DNA of 61,055 nucleotides, the filler included, from Nemertoderma westbladi (Eukaryota > Animalia > Xenacoelomorpha), in assembly GCA_032718475.1 (NCBI GenBank). It is 3 parts of 3 records of this genome, joined end to end, with 100 filler letters (N's around TTAATTAATTAA, not from the genome) between each part and the next. Parts side by side here need not be neighbours in the genome. Positions count along the whole stretch, not along the records: positions 19,041 to 48,318 come from JAUCBJ010002456.1; 2 more parts are not named here. One strand, 5' to 3'. This document shows positions 23,812 to 36,649 of this stretch, one piece after another. Positions within the stretch are counted from its first letter, which is position 1. Each line of letters begins with the position of its first letter. A program made the position numbers and the translations under genes. The notes below the pieces were generated by a model. It was not told where the DNA came from, ran no database searches, and saw only the letters and a list, made by a program, of their open reading frames with translations.

Positions 23812-26800
23812 GAAACCTTCTTTGGGTACCAATGGTCCGAGCTGGGCTGGAGATAGAAACCTTTTTTGGGTCCCGATGGACCGAGCTGGGCTGGAGATAG
23901 AAACCTTCATTGGATCCCGATGGTCCGAGCTGGGCTGGAGATAGAAACCTTCTTTGGGTCCCGATGGTCCGAGGTGGGTTGGAGATAGAAACCTTCTTTG
24001 GGTCCCGATGGTCCGAGCTGGGCTGGAGATAGAAACCTTCTTTGGGTCCCGATGGTCCGAGCTGGGCTGGAGATAGAAACCTTCTTTGGGTCCCAATGGT
24101 CCGAGCTGGGCTGGAGATAGAAACCTTCTTTGGATCCCGATGGTCCGAGCTGGGCTGGAGATAGAAACCTTTTTCAGGTCCCGATGGTCCGAGCTGGGCT
24201 GGAGATAGAAACCTTCTTTGGGTCCCGATGGTCCGAGCTGGGCTGTAGATAGAAACCTTCTTTGGATCCCGATGGTCCGAGCTGGGCTGGAGATAGAAAC
24301 CTTCTTTGGGTCCCGATGGTCCGAGCTGGGCTGGAGATAGAAACCTTCTTTGGGTCCCGATGGTCCGAGCTGGGCTGGAGATAGAAACCTTCTTTGGATC
24401 CCGATGGTCCGAGCTGGGCTGGAGATAGAAACCTTCTTTGGATCCCGATGGTCCGAGCTGGGCTGGAGATAGAAACCTTCTTTGGATCCCGATGGTCCGA
24501 GTTGGGCTGGAGATAGAAACCTTCTTTGGGTCCCGATGGTCCGAGCTGGGCTGGAGATAGAAACCTTTTTCAGGTCCCGATGGTCCGAGCTGGGCTGGAG
24601 ATAGAAACCTTCTTTGGGTCCCGATGGTCCGAGCTGGGCTGGAGATAGAAACCTTCTTTGGATCCCGATGGTCCGAACTGGGCTGGAGATAGAAACCTTC
24701 TTTGGGTCCCGATGGTCCGAGCTGGGCTGGAGATAGAAACCTTCTTTGGATCCCGATGGTCCGAGCTGGGCTGGAGATAGAAACCTTCTTTGGGTCCCGA
24801 TGGTCCGAGCTGGACTGGAGATAGAAACCTTCTTTGGGTCCCAATGGTCCGAGCTGGGCTGGAGATAGAAACCTTCTTTGGATCCCGATGGTCCGAGCTG
24901 GGCTGGAGATAGAAACCTACTTTGGATCCCGATGGTCAGAGCTGGGCTGGAGATAGAAACCTTTTTCAGGTCCCGATGGTCCGACTGGGCTGGAGATAGA
25001 AACCTTCTTTGGGTCCCGATGGTCCGAGCTGGGCTGGAGATAGAAACCTTCTTTGGATCCCGATGGTCCGAGCTGGGCTGGAGATAGAAACCTTCTTTGG
25101 GTCCCGATGGTCCGAGCTGGGCTGGAGATAGAAACCTTCTTTGGGTACCAATGGTCCGAGCTGGGCTGGAGATAGAAACCTTTTTTGGGTCCCGATGGTC
25201 CGAGCTGGGCTGGAGATAGAAACCTTCATTGGATCCCGATGGTCCGAGCTGGGCTGGAGATAGAAACCTTCTTTGGGTCCCGATGGTCCGAGGTGGGTTG
25301 GAGATAGAAACCTTCTTTGGGTCCCGATGGTCCGAGCTGGGCTGGAGATAGAAACCTTCTTTGGGTCCCGATGGTCCGAGCTGGGCTGGAGATAGAAACC
25401 TTCTTTGGATCCCGATGGTCCGAGCTGGGCTGGAGATAGAAACCTTCTTTGGGTCCCGATGGTCCGAGGTGGGTTGGAGATAGAAACCTTCTTTGGGTCC
25501 CGATGGTCCGAGCTGGGCTGGAGATAGAAACCTTCTTTGGATCCCGATGGTCAGAGCTGGGCTGGAGATAGAAACCTTCTTTGGGTACCAATGGTCCGAG
25601 CTGGGCTGGAGATAGAAACCTTTTTTGGGTCCCGATGGTCCGAGCTGGGCTGGAGATAGAAACCTTCTTTGGATCCCGATGGTCCGAGCTGGGCTGGAGA
25701 TAGAAACCTTCTTTGGGTCCCGATGGTCCGAGCTGGGCTGGAGATAGAAACCTTCTTTGGGTCCCGATGGTCCGAGCTGGGCTGGAGATAGAAACCTTCT
25801 TTGGGTACCAATGGTCCGAGCTGGGCTGGAGATAGAAACCTTTTTTGGGTCCCGATGGTCCGAGCTGGGCTGGAGATAGAAACCTTCATTGGATCCCGAT
25901 GGTCCGAGCTGGGCTGGAGATAGAAACCTTCTTTGGGTCCCGATGGTCCGAGGTGGGTTGGAGATAGAAACCTTCTTTGGGTCCCGATGGTCCGAGCTGG
26001 GCTGGAGATAGAAACCTTCTTTGGGTCCCGATGGTCCGAGCTGGGCTGGAGATAGAAACCTTCTTTGGGTCCCAATGGTCCGAGCTGGGCTGGAGATAGA
26101 AACCTTCTTTGGATCCCGATGGTCCGAGCTGGGCTGGAGATAGAAACCTTTTTCAGGTCCCAATGGTCCGAGCTGGGCTGGAGATAGAAACCTTCTTTGG
26201 ATCCCGATGGTCCCGAGCTGGGCTGGAGATAGAAACCTTTTTCAGGTCCCGATGGTCCGAGCTGGGCTGGAGATAGAAACCTTCTTTGGATCCCGATGGT
26301 CCGAGTTGGGCTGGAGATAGAAACCTTCTTTGGGTCCCGATGGTCCGAGCTGGGCTGGAGATAGAAACCTTCTTTGGGTCCCGATGGTCCGAGCTGGGCT
26401 GGAGATAGAAACCTTCTTTGGGTCCCGATGGTCCGAGCTGGGCTGGAGATAGAAACCTTCTTTGGGTCCCGATGGTCCGAGCTGGGCTGGAGATAGAAAC
26501 CTTCTTTGGGTCCCGATGGTCCGAGCTGGGCTGGAGATAGAAACCTTCTTTGGGTCCCGATGGTCCGAGCTGGGCTGGAGATAGAAACCTTCTTTGGGTC
26601 CCGATGGTCCGAGCTGGGCTGGAGATAGAAACCTTCTTTGGGTCCCGATGGTCCGAGCTGGGCTGGAGATAGAAACCTTCTTTGGATCCCGATGGTCCGA
26701 GCTGGGCTGGAGATAGAAACCTTTTTCAGGTCCCGATGGTCCGAGCTGGGCTGGAGATAGAAACCTTCTTTGGGTCCCGATGGTCCGAGCTGGGCTGGAG

Positions 26801-27461
26801 ATAGAAACCTTCTTTGGGTCCCGATGGTCCGAGCTGGGCTGGAGATAGAAACCTTCTTTGGGTCCCGATGGTCCGAGCTGGGCTGGAGATAGAAACCTTC
26901 TTTGGGTCCCGATGGTCCGAGCTGGGCTGGAGATAGAAACCTTCTTTGGGTCCCGATGGTCCGAGCTGGGCTGGAGATAGAAACCTTCTTTGGGTCCCGA
27001 TGGTCCGAGCTGGGCTGGAGATAGAAACCTTCTTTGGGTCCCGATGGTCCGAGCTGGGCTGGAGATAGAAACCTTCTTTGGGTCCCGATGGTCCGAGCTG
27101 GGCTGGAGATAGAAACCTTCTTTGGATCCCGATGGTCCGAGCTGGGCTGGAGATAGAAACCTTTTTCAGGTCCCGATGGTCCGAGCTGGGCTGGAGATAG
27201 AAACCTTCTTTGGGTCCCAATGGTCCGAGCTGGGCTGGAGATAGAAACCTTCTTTGGATCCCGATGGTCCGAGCTGGGCTGGAGATAGAAACCTTTTTCA
27301 GGTCCCGATGGTCCGAGCTGGGCTGGAGATAGAAACCTTCTTTGGGTCCCGATGGTCCGAGCTGGGCTGGAGATAGAAACCTTCTTTGGATCCCGATGGT
27401 CCGAGCTGGGCTGATGATAGAAACCTTCTTTGGATCCCGATGGTCCGAGCTGGGCTGATGA
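23812..27461. repeat. 44-bp satellite array, ~83 copies
   Basis: Unit GAGATAGAAACCTTCTTTGGGTCCCGATGGTCCGAGCTGGGCTG, with recurring variant blocks. Confidence 0.98.
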
Positions 27462-29395
27462 TTGACGTTTACAAAGAGTCAATGGATACAACGGAATAAG
27501 GGTTTGAAAATCATTCTTTCTAAAATAATGAGTCAATGGTTATAAAAAATAGAGAGAGAGAATGTTACACAATATGAGCTTTCCATTTCTCTTATATACA
27601 TCATTTCAGGTGTTGCGTGAACACTTCATGGACTGTTACGCGCAGGTCTGCATTATTCCCAATTATTTCCCTACTGTACGAATGATTGGTCAAATAGAAT
27701 CAGTTTCTTTCGAATGATCTTATGGGGAATATTTATTATTGTGGTCTACAGGCTACCATATTTCGCATTGCAAGGTGGTTCATCCTCATCTTTTTTAGAA
27801 GCTTCCAGTGTAAATTTCCTAAATATGTGAAAATTATACTTTTCAGTGAGTTGACCTCCATTATTAACATATTCCAAAGGTAGACGGGGTAGTAGGATGA
27901 TTAAAATTACAACAATATGATCAAAATCCAATTTATTTTATTAATTAATTTTAATCATCCAACTGTCCCGTTTATCTCTGCTATGTGACAATTATATTTC
28001 CCATTTCACAGTGAACCTTAGGGAATAGGTTATCAAACAGACAAATCAGATATTGGATGGTTTGAATAACAATAAGTGAACAATTTTACTTCAAGTAAAC
28101 TCTTGCAAACACATCAATAAACATCAACGTCATCATACGTGTTTTGCTTGATTAAAAACTAGTAAGACACTAAGAGTGAAATGAAGTGTAGAATTAAGTG
28201 TTCGCTGGTTGATTTGAATAAAACGAAATTTTTCACTTATCTCCAGTCCCAGTTGGGGAATCGAGTTGATGTTTTACCAGTTAGACCTAGAATATGATTT
28301 AAATACAAATCTGGAAATTTATAATTACCGTTGATTACCTGAAGTGAAGTGTTGTGAAGTGAAGTGAAAAGTGTCCTTTATTCTTAATCGAATCTTTAAG
28401 AGTTCACTCTTCACTTCACTTCTCATAGAAATGTTAACTTGCACGTGTTTACTTGTATAATCAATTGGTTGTAATTCGCCAAACGGTTTACCAACTACAC
28501 ACATTCCAAGTGACTTTGAGCTTCCTACTAAATTAATTATCCCTATATAGATCGCTCGCCCGCCCAAAGCCATACTTCAATTGGAATCCACTTCTAATAA
28601 CGAAACCTTTAGCTGGATTTTGTTGTAACTATTGTCTCATTGATTTCTAACCCTCGTACCGCGGTGTCCGTTTACTCTAAATCGAACTGCAAACAATTTA
28701 ATTATATATTGAATGTTTAAATGTATACTGTATTATATTACATACATACGATGGTTATTGGTTGGTTATGGATAGCGCTATTATATTGGTTTCATGGAGT
28801 ACCAGTATAAATATTATTATTTGTGGCACGTTTGTATGGCATGCACTGATACCGATAAACCTAAAAGTAAGTAATTCCCAACCAATGGATAGACCTCTTG
28901 TAACTTCTAACAAGTTCTTACATATTTCAAAACTCATACAACCCACTTCACCCCAACCACGCATTAAATTGGGAAAGGGACAAAGTTCATACATTTATTA
29001 AGTGATTTCCAACTTCATTTCACAGTGGGACAAAACAAAATGATATTCTTATTAGAAAACTTTGACTATCAATTATCTAGATTTTTTAACTATATAAATG
29101 TAATTTTGTACAAAATGTTGATAAATATTTCCCACTTCACCCCAGTTCACGGTATTCAACTCCAACTACTGTATTACTAACAGGTACCATCACGTTTCGT
29201 ACAAGACGACCCTTCTCCAGATCGCCATTCTCCAGATCCGATCGCTTCTCCATCACATGTCACTGTTCCTATATATTCATCTCTATTCATCTTCTGGACT
29301 GCTCTATAGCGAATACTGGTTGGTGTCATAAGGAGTACCCGTCAATAAGTATAATCACCACGGGTTCTTTTTAAAGTCCGGCTTACAATCCAGGA

Positions 29396-30517
29396 TCAAA
29401 CTGAAATATAGCGGGCTTTATGAACGCAGTCGATATGTCTCTTTAGATTCGCTTTCTGAGTGAATACTTTTTCACAATGAAAGCAATTATATTTTATACC
29501 TCTATGAGCTGATTCGACGTGCTTCTTTAGAGATTCTTTATCTGCGTAAACTTTATCACAATCGGCGCAACTATATCTGGTTCCCTTATGCACCGCATCG
29601 ATGTGCCTCTTTAAATATCCTTTCTGTGTGAACACTTTATCACAAATAAAACAAATATAATTTACACCTTTATGGATGGATTCTATGTGTTTCGTTAAAG
29701 AGCCTTTATCGGCGTACACTTTATCACAGTCATCACAACTATATTTGGTACCGGCAGGTCTATGAAACGACTCCACGTGAATTTTCAAGCGTCCTTTCCG
29801 TCTAAACATTTTACCACAATCAATACAATTATACTTGATACCCTTGTGAACATAATCTGTGTGGTTCTTAAGATTTCCCTCGTGCCTGAATTCTCTAGAA
29901 CATTGACTGCAATTATAAAAGGTCCCTTTATGAACAGAGTTTACGTGCAACTTGAGGGTTTCTTTCAGTTTGAACATTTTGTAACATCGACCACAACTGT
30001 ACTTTATGTCTTTATGTTCTGTTTCTATATGTTTATGCAGACCATTCGGATACGAATACACTTTATCACAATGAATGCAACTATATTTCGCGCCATTATA
30101 AACTGATTTTGCGTGAACAGTGCCTCTACGCGGGAATTGTCTATAACGACCATATTGTTGATAATTGTTTATTTTATTAAGAAGTTTTGCTTGAGCATTC
30201 AATTTCCATATCCTTGTTGTGCTAGCAGATCGTCGCCTAATGCAGATCTCCGCCTTGGGGATTATTTGAGGAGGACTTGTACTGATAGATGTGTTACAAA
30301 TAAACATTGGACTATTTGTGGTGACGTTGACAAAGTTGATTCCGATACGTGACTGATCAGTTTTAATAGATTGTCCTTCTCCTAAGTTTTCTTCCTCTAC
30401 TTTAGGAACTATTAGAACCGACGACAAACTTAAGACTCCCAGTTGTACATCATCTCCTGGAACTTCAGTACCCAACCCTATCATAGGTGAACATTGTTCT
30501 TGGGAATACGAGGACAT
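29396..30517 (-). CDS. Intronless C2H2 zinc-finger protein, 8 tandem fingers
   Basis: 373-aa ORF with eight CxxC-x12-HxxxxH fingers and HKGxxY linkers. Confidence 0.88.
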   Translation of the reverse strand: MSSYSQEQCSPMIGLGTEVPGDDVQLGVLSLSSVLIVPKVEEENLGEGQSIKTDQSRIGINFVNVTTNSPMFICNTSISTSPPQIIPKAEICIRRRSASTTRIWKLNAQAKLLNKINNYQQYGRYRQFPRRGTVHAKSVYNGAKYSCIHCDKVYSYPNGLHKHIETEHKDIKYSCGRCYKMFKLKETLKLHVNSVHKGTFYNCSQCSREFRHEGNLKNHTDYVHKGIKYNCIDCGKMFRRKGRLKIHVESFHRPAGTKYSCDDCDKVYADKGSLTKHIESIHKGVNYICFICDKVFTQKGYLKRHIDAVHKGTRYSCADCDKVYADKESLKKHVESAHRGIKYNCFHCEKVFTQKANLKRHIDCVHKARYISV

Positions 30518-32254
30518 TTTCGAAGTCTTATAGCAATTTTATAACTAGGCCAATAATACAAAATGTTTAATAGTCGATATTCGCAAACATTTATAAAATC
30601 ATGTTGACTTATTGATTCATTATTTATGTTCTTCCATTGTAGTAAAATGCGAAATTTACATAACAATAATACTGTAATAGGCAGATACGCCTAATATGAA
30701 CAATGAACACACACACAGACTGACAGAGCTACTAACAAACTGGGTTTTTTAAAATCACCTACCGGTAGTTTTGAAAATGTAGTGAAAAAACAATAGGTTT
30801 TTTAGTTTTTTTTTTAATTATTGGCAATAATTATTCCATCTTCAAATATATTTGTGCGCGGACCTTACCATGCGCATATGTAGCTACGTCCTAACCTACA
30901 CCATGACCCGTAACCGTGTGTCATTTTCTGATGACACGGGCCTAATTGTTCTAAAAATCTTTTATCATATTGTTTGAAATTTGAAACACAAGGTAGTTCA
31001 ACTCACCGTGGTTGTTACCATGAAGCCGGATTTTCGATTTTGCCTTTAAATATTTTCTATAAACGTTTTAAAGTTTTAAAAAAGTGTCTTTTGCGAAATT
31101 TCAACTGACGTGTAAAACGTCAGAACACGTCAGAAAACGACACTATATTACGGGCCATGGTGTATATTAATGGAACCTTCGGCGTTCTGACGATGTTATT
31201 TGTGATACTGATAGGTATGAAAACAATAAAATAGGAAATGGGGTCTTATTCCCTCAGATACTACCTAGCATTTAGGGCCACTTGGGCCACTGTTAGTACT
31301 CAGGCACTAAGGCCTATTAAAAAATGAAATACCAAATCAATTGTAGTGCTCCCAACCCAACTACCACAAGGAAAACTGCACCAAACCATACAGTAACGAC
31401 AGGTACCAGTAAGTATTGCACGAATAAATTAAGAAAAATATAGGACATTTTGTCCGCCGAAAAGGTAAGTCTAAGTAATAAATTTTATAGGCCTACAAAT
31501 AAAAGGGTTTCGGAGATTTAAACACTGAATATTATTATGATATATATTAATATATATTAGAATAAAAACAATATGATTATTGTTTTTATATTAATATCAC
31601 AATCCCTCTAAAGTCGTGGTTGTCTAACATCATCTAATTATACGGATAGGTGACCGATATAACCGGGCTGCCGGGTCATCCCATAAAGCACACAACCGGT
31701 ACCTTAATATAATTTAGGCCTATATTATTTTTTGCAAGGTAAATCTATTCAATCTTAATGAAGCCTATAAAACCTAAAAATGCAAGAAACCTAAAAACGC
31801 AAAAAAACTATAAAACTGAAAAACGTAAAACCCTATCAGCCTATAAAACCTAAAAACGCAAAAACCCTAGGCCTAACCTATTTTTTTCTTAAAAACCTAG
31901 GTTTTTTCCACCCCTGCATGGCCAGGCCATGCAAGCCCAGCCTGCATACTGGCATGGTAGCTTACACAGCTTGACAGCATACAGCCTGTATATGCCTGTA
32001 GTGCATGGCATATATAATACAGCTATAGGAATAGGGGCCTACATATCGTAAAATCCTAACCGCGGTAGCGGAACAGAAAACATTGCCCAGCCCTGTCAGG
32101 GACCAGTACAGCAGTATATCTTCTCGTTTCATAAAGGTTCAGAAGTTAACAATTTACGTGAAGCTTCTAATTTTGTCTACCGGCAGCCCGGTAGCACTAC
32201 CTTTGTGTTTTCTTGGTAGTGTTGAAATATCGGTAAAATAAGGGTTTGACTTTT

Positions 32255-32405
32255 CCGCGTAGGTGTAGCCTGTGCGTAGGTGTTGCCTGCGCGTAGCCTA
32301 CGCGTAGGTGTAGCCTGCGCGTAGCCTACGCGTAGGTGTAGCCTGCGCGTAGCCTACGCATAGGTGTAGCCTGCGCGTAGCCTACGCGTAGGCTTCGCGT
32401 AGCGA
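32255..32405. repeat. 28-bp self-complementary minisatellite
   Basis: CGTAGGTGTAGCCTGCGCGTAGCCTACG repeated ~4-5 times. Confidence 0.9.
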
Positions 32406-34937
32406 TGGAATGCAGTTTCGCGTAGGTAAATTTTTACGTAGGTAACCAATGAATGAATCGAACTAGCTGACTAGAACCTTTATAAAAGAGAGGTAAATTC
32501 AAATAAGATCAATATAGGCCTACAGATACTATAGGGGCTGTTGCGGATTCTAGTTCGAAATAGAATCCAGATTTTTTTCTAAAAAATGCTCTAGAACAAA
32601 AAATATTTGTTCTAGAACATATTTTTTTTTAAAAATGAATAGCTAACATATTCTGGAACATTTTCTATACAAATAGTAAAAAGAACTAGATACTACAAAA
32701 TATTTATAGACGGAAGTAGGAAGTCGGAACCAGTGTCGAAATTACTAGCTAAACCTATCTAAAACACTAGCTACCATAAAATTTTTTATCTTACTTAACG
32801 AGGATTTCTTCAATTACGTCCATTGACCAAATTGCAACAAATGAAAATTTATAGAACTCTCCCCATATCAAAATATCAAATTGTTGTAAAAAAAATCTTG
32901 CCCCCAGTCACAGTAGGCCTAGTAAGTAGGCCTAAACTAAACAATTGTCTAAACTGTAAGGCGTGAGGCTAGCTGACTTTGTCGATCGTCCCACATAATA
33001 ACAAATTAAACTTTGCTACCACTAACAAAAATATAATATGAAGCAAATAATTTCATTATCAAGCACGTTTACAAGATATAAGATTACCGAATATTTATGA
33101 AAAAATGCCCGTGATGCACAACCAGGACACCGAGCGAGTAATGACCCTGAACCCACCCTAGAACCACCCTATATTATAAATGCGACTCCATTTCCATCCG
33201 AATATTACAACACCGGCTGCTAAGGCAATCAACCAATGCTGCATTATAGAACAAAACTAACAATAGAAAGGGGTAGCTATAGTTACTAAAACTAAAACAC
33301 AAACAAAGCGCAAATATCCTAGCTGTTCCACATTAGTGTCAGTAGTTCTAGTAAGATAATAATAGTGATAACAGTTTCATTCAATTTTTGAATAAATACA
33401 AATTATATAATATATTATAGAGCAAATGTATAAACAAAAACTCAACTAATATTATGAAAATTGAAGGTCTAAACAATATGAAACAAAATAATACATTATC
33501 AAAGACAAATTAAATTTTAGCATCACATCAACTATATCCAAGAAATTTAACAAAACCTCAAATCAGTCAGAGTGAAAAGGGGGGACAGTTCCCCCTTCAA
33601 CCAGCACCCCGTCCCTAAAGCAAAGCCGCACCCAGACCTAGTCAAGCAGAATAACCTATGGAGATAGATATTATGACAAACACACCCGGTTCTTTTAAAT
33701 TTGCGTGATTTGAGTTTTATGTTCGCACCACTATTGAGTTTTATTATATTTGTAAGAAATGTTAAAACTTATCTTATGCCAATGTAGTAATGGTATTAAA
33801 ATATAATTAAATTAATTTGCACTATTAATGCTTCAGCTAAAAAACGATGCTAATAGAACATTCTACATATATCCTATACAAAATAATCAGCCCAATGATT
33901 CGTGGAATAATAATATAATCCTATTGCAGTTGTATATTTTATTTTGTTTATTGACAACTCAACTATATTTTCTGTCTTTACCTGAGAGCTGATAAGGAAG
34001 TGTAGACTCAGCCAGCAGCGCTGCTCCTACAAGGCAAAGGCAGACAGGAGGGGTGTAGTCAAAGTCAAGAAATTCCGCCTGGATGGAATTCTATCTCAGA
34101 CAGCCCTGCACTCCACCTTTCCTACTCCACAGCTAGCAGCTGCAGCTCAGGCAGGAGTTGTTATTTTACCATTGCTTTTAATTTCGCGACAAAATAATGT
34201 CAAAAAACTAAATATATCGAATACCACACATAGAATCGATCTGATATTTTGTAACGCGATTACGAACCACCAAAGCAATGTACAGTACTTGCAAAATTTC
34301 ATCAAAATCGCCAGTCAGGAAGTGCCTGAACCTAGATAATTATCAGTCAGTCAGTCAGTCAGTGTTATATATCCTGAGATTTTTACAGTAAATATCCTGC
34401 AGATTTTTACAGTAAGTATCCCGCTGTCGAGCGGGCTCCTAAATACCGGCCTATAAAAAAAATTAACACTGCATGCGAGCATCGCGTCCTGAATGCTGAA
34501 TATACTGTATACTGCTGTATGTTCTGGAAGTCCTTGCTTCTACTGTATTGGACATTTCGACATAATGGAATGGTGTACGGTGTTAAACAATTAATTATTT
34601 ACATACAGTAGCTATAGTCCCGTCACTGCAAACTGGATAATAAAGCAGCACGCATTAATATAAACGGAAATAATACATTCTGGAATACGGTAATTGAAGT
34701 TGTTTCCAGGTTGTTGATTACTTTACAGCGTTCCGTCCTATAGGCCGCACGCTGCAAAGTAGTACTTTGCAGCATTACGAGTAATTCACCAGAACGCTGA
34801 TAAGTTGGCATAATGTAACAAAACATATGGAAGTCTGGAAATTTGTTTGTTTTAATTTTTCAGGCAGTCACATCCAACCAACCCACAGTCCCTTACAACT
34901 ATCCCACAGACATCTGTTTCATTGTATAGTATATAAT

Positions 34938-35365
34938 CAGTGGCGGATCTAGGACCCAAATCCCATCTGGGATTAATTCCCATCTCGATGATGGGAACTA
35001 ATCATTAATCCGATGAGATTCAAATCCAATCTCGATGATGGGAACTAATCATTAATCCGATGAGATTCAAATCCCATCTCGATGATGGGAACTAATCATT
35101 AATCCGATGAGATTCAAATCCCATCTCGATGATGGGAACTAATCATTAATCCGATGAGATTCAAATCCCATCTCGATGATGGGAACTAATCATTAATCCG
35201 ATGAGATTCAAATCCCATCTCGATGAGGGGAACTAATCATTAATCCGATGAGATTCAAATCCCATCTCGATGAGGGGAACTAATCATTAATCCGATGAGA
35301 TTCAAATCCCATCTCGATGAGGGGAACTAATCATTAATCCGATGAGATTCAAATCCAATCTCGAA
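34938..35365. repeat. 47-bp tandem array (~8 copies) behind a hAT-like terminus
   Basis: CAGTGGCGGATCTAGG, then unit ATCCCATCTCGATGATGGGAACTAATCATTAATCCGATGAGATTCAA. Confidence 0.9.
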
Positions 35366-35827
35366 TTAACAGCAAAACAATAAACGAAAGTCAGTAGCTT
35401 ACAGTTATATTTGATTGCTTTGAAAGTTAAAATAAATAAGAAATATCAGCTGGATACCAGCTGATCTACATCGCGAAATATCAGCTGGATACCAGCCAAT
35501 GATACCAGCTGATCTACATCGAGAAATATCAGCTGGATACCAGCTGATCTACAATTAATTTTAATTCGAGCTATAATTATCGGTTGAAATAATCAACTGT
35601 TAAATCGAGCTAAATAATTCAGCAGACAGTCATCCCTCAACATGTTTTAAATAACCAATAATATTAAGCAAAATAATCCAGTTTTGAAACATTATTTAAA
35701 ACTATCAATATAATCTCAAGCGAAATAATTAGGTTGAAATACATTATTTAAAACGACCAATAATATCAATATTAATAATCGTATTTAATTATTACACATT
35801 GTTACTAAATTTATGCCATGGGTAACT

Positions 35828-36057
35828 CAGATAGGGTGGGGAGGGGGGGGGGGGGGGGGGGGACTGGACGCAATAAAAATTCATCCCTCTCCAGGGGAAA
35901 TTCGACGCAAATAACAGTTGATTATTCTCAAAAATAAAACTGTAACGCTGTTCTATTCTATTTATTTTGGTTACAATACCACGTGCCACTGTAACCTGCG
36001 CGGGATATTAATTCGCCAATGCGGGTTTTTCGCCCCCCCCCCACTCCCCCCTGTCTC
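35828..36057 (+). mobile_element. G-tract MITE, complete copy with 8-bp TSD
   Basis: CAGATAGGG...poly-G ACTGGACGCAA ... poly-C CCTGTCTC, flanked on both sides by GGGTAACT. Confidence 0.85.
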
Positions 36058-36649
36058 GGGTAACTAGTAATTCGATTAGTTTTACTTAAAATTTTAGTGC
36101 TGCAGTGCCCCCGAGACAGGATAGTGCGGTGTGGCTGATCTTTGTCAATTAATTAACTTTTTTATCAAAAGTTCTCCATAATTTTCAATTCAATACTTTG
36201 TGGTCGACCAAAAATTTATTTATGGTCGACCAGAAATTAATTTATGGAAGTTTGAATTTCCAGGTAAATTGTAGGGCGAGATTTGGACAGCCCATTCATT
36301 ATGACGTCATGGAGAACTTCTGAAAAAAATGTATTAATTGGTAAAGATAAACCACAGTAGGAGTAGGAGTAGGAGAGCATTATTCATTAATTATTTGTTA
36401 TATTTAATACTGTAATATAGGCATACGAGTCTTTTATTTGTTGCCTGTATATACAGATATAGGCCTAACTGCCTACTGCTACTGTCTGACTACTGCTGTA
36501 TCTGGCGAAATATACTGTAGATTCAGAGATTAAAGATAAAGACTGAAAGAGTCACTATGTGCTATTGGGGTCTTTACCATTACATGCATTAGTGACTCCA
36601 GCTTGTAATTTGCTAGCGTACCGGACAGCCGGAATTTGGAACTGCTGTA

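Noticed and set aside
23812-27461. CRISPR array (also considered for the 43-, 47- and 29-bp arrays)
   Set aside because: Head-to-tail units with no unique spacers, no cas genes, eukaryotic context.
23794-27536. 345-789 aa repeat ORFs on the minus strand
   Set aside because: Products of a stop-free 44-bp satellite. The longest lack an ATG start, all frames give the same peptide, and 1-bp indels occur.
33980-34165. GC-richer island ending at a minus-strand donor-like AG|GTAAAG
   Set aside because: Stops in all three minus frames and no recognisable product.
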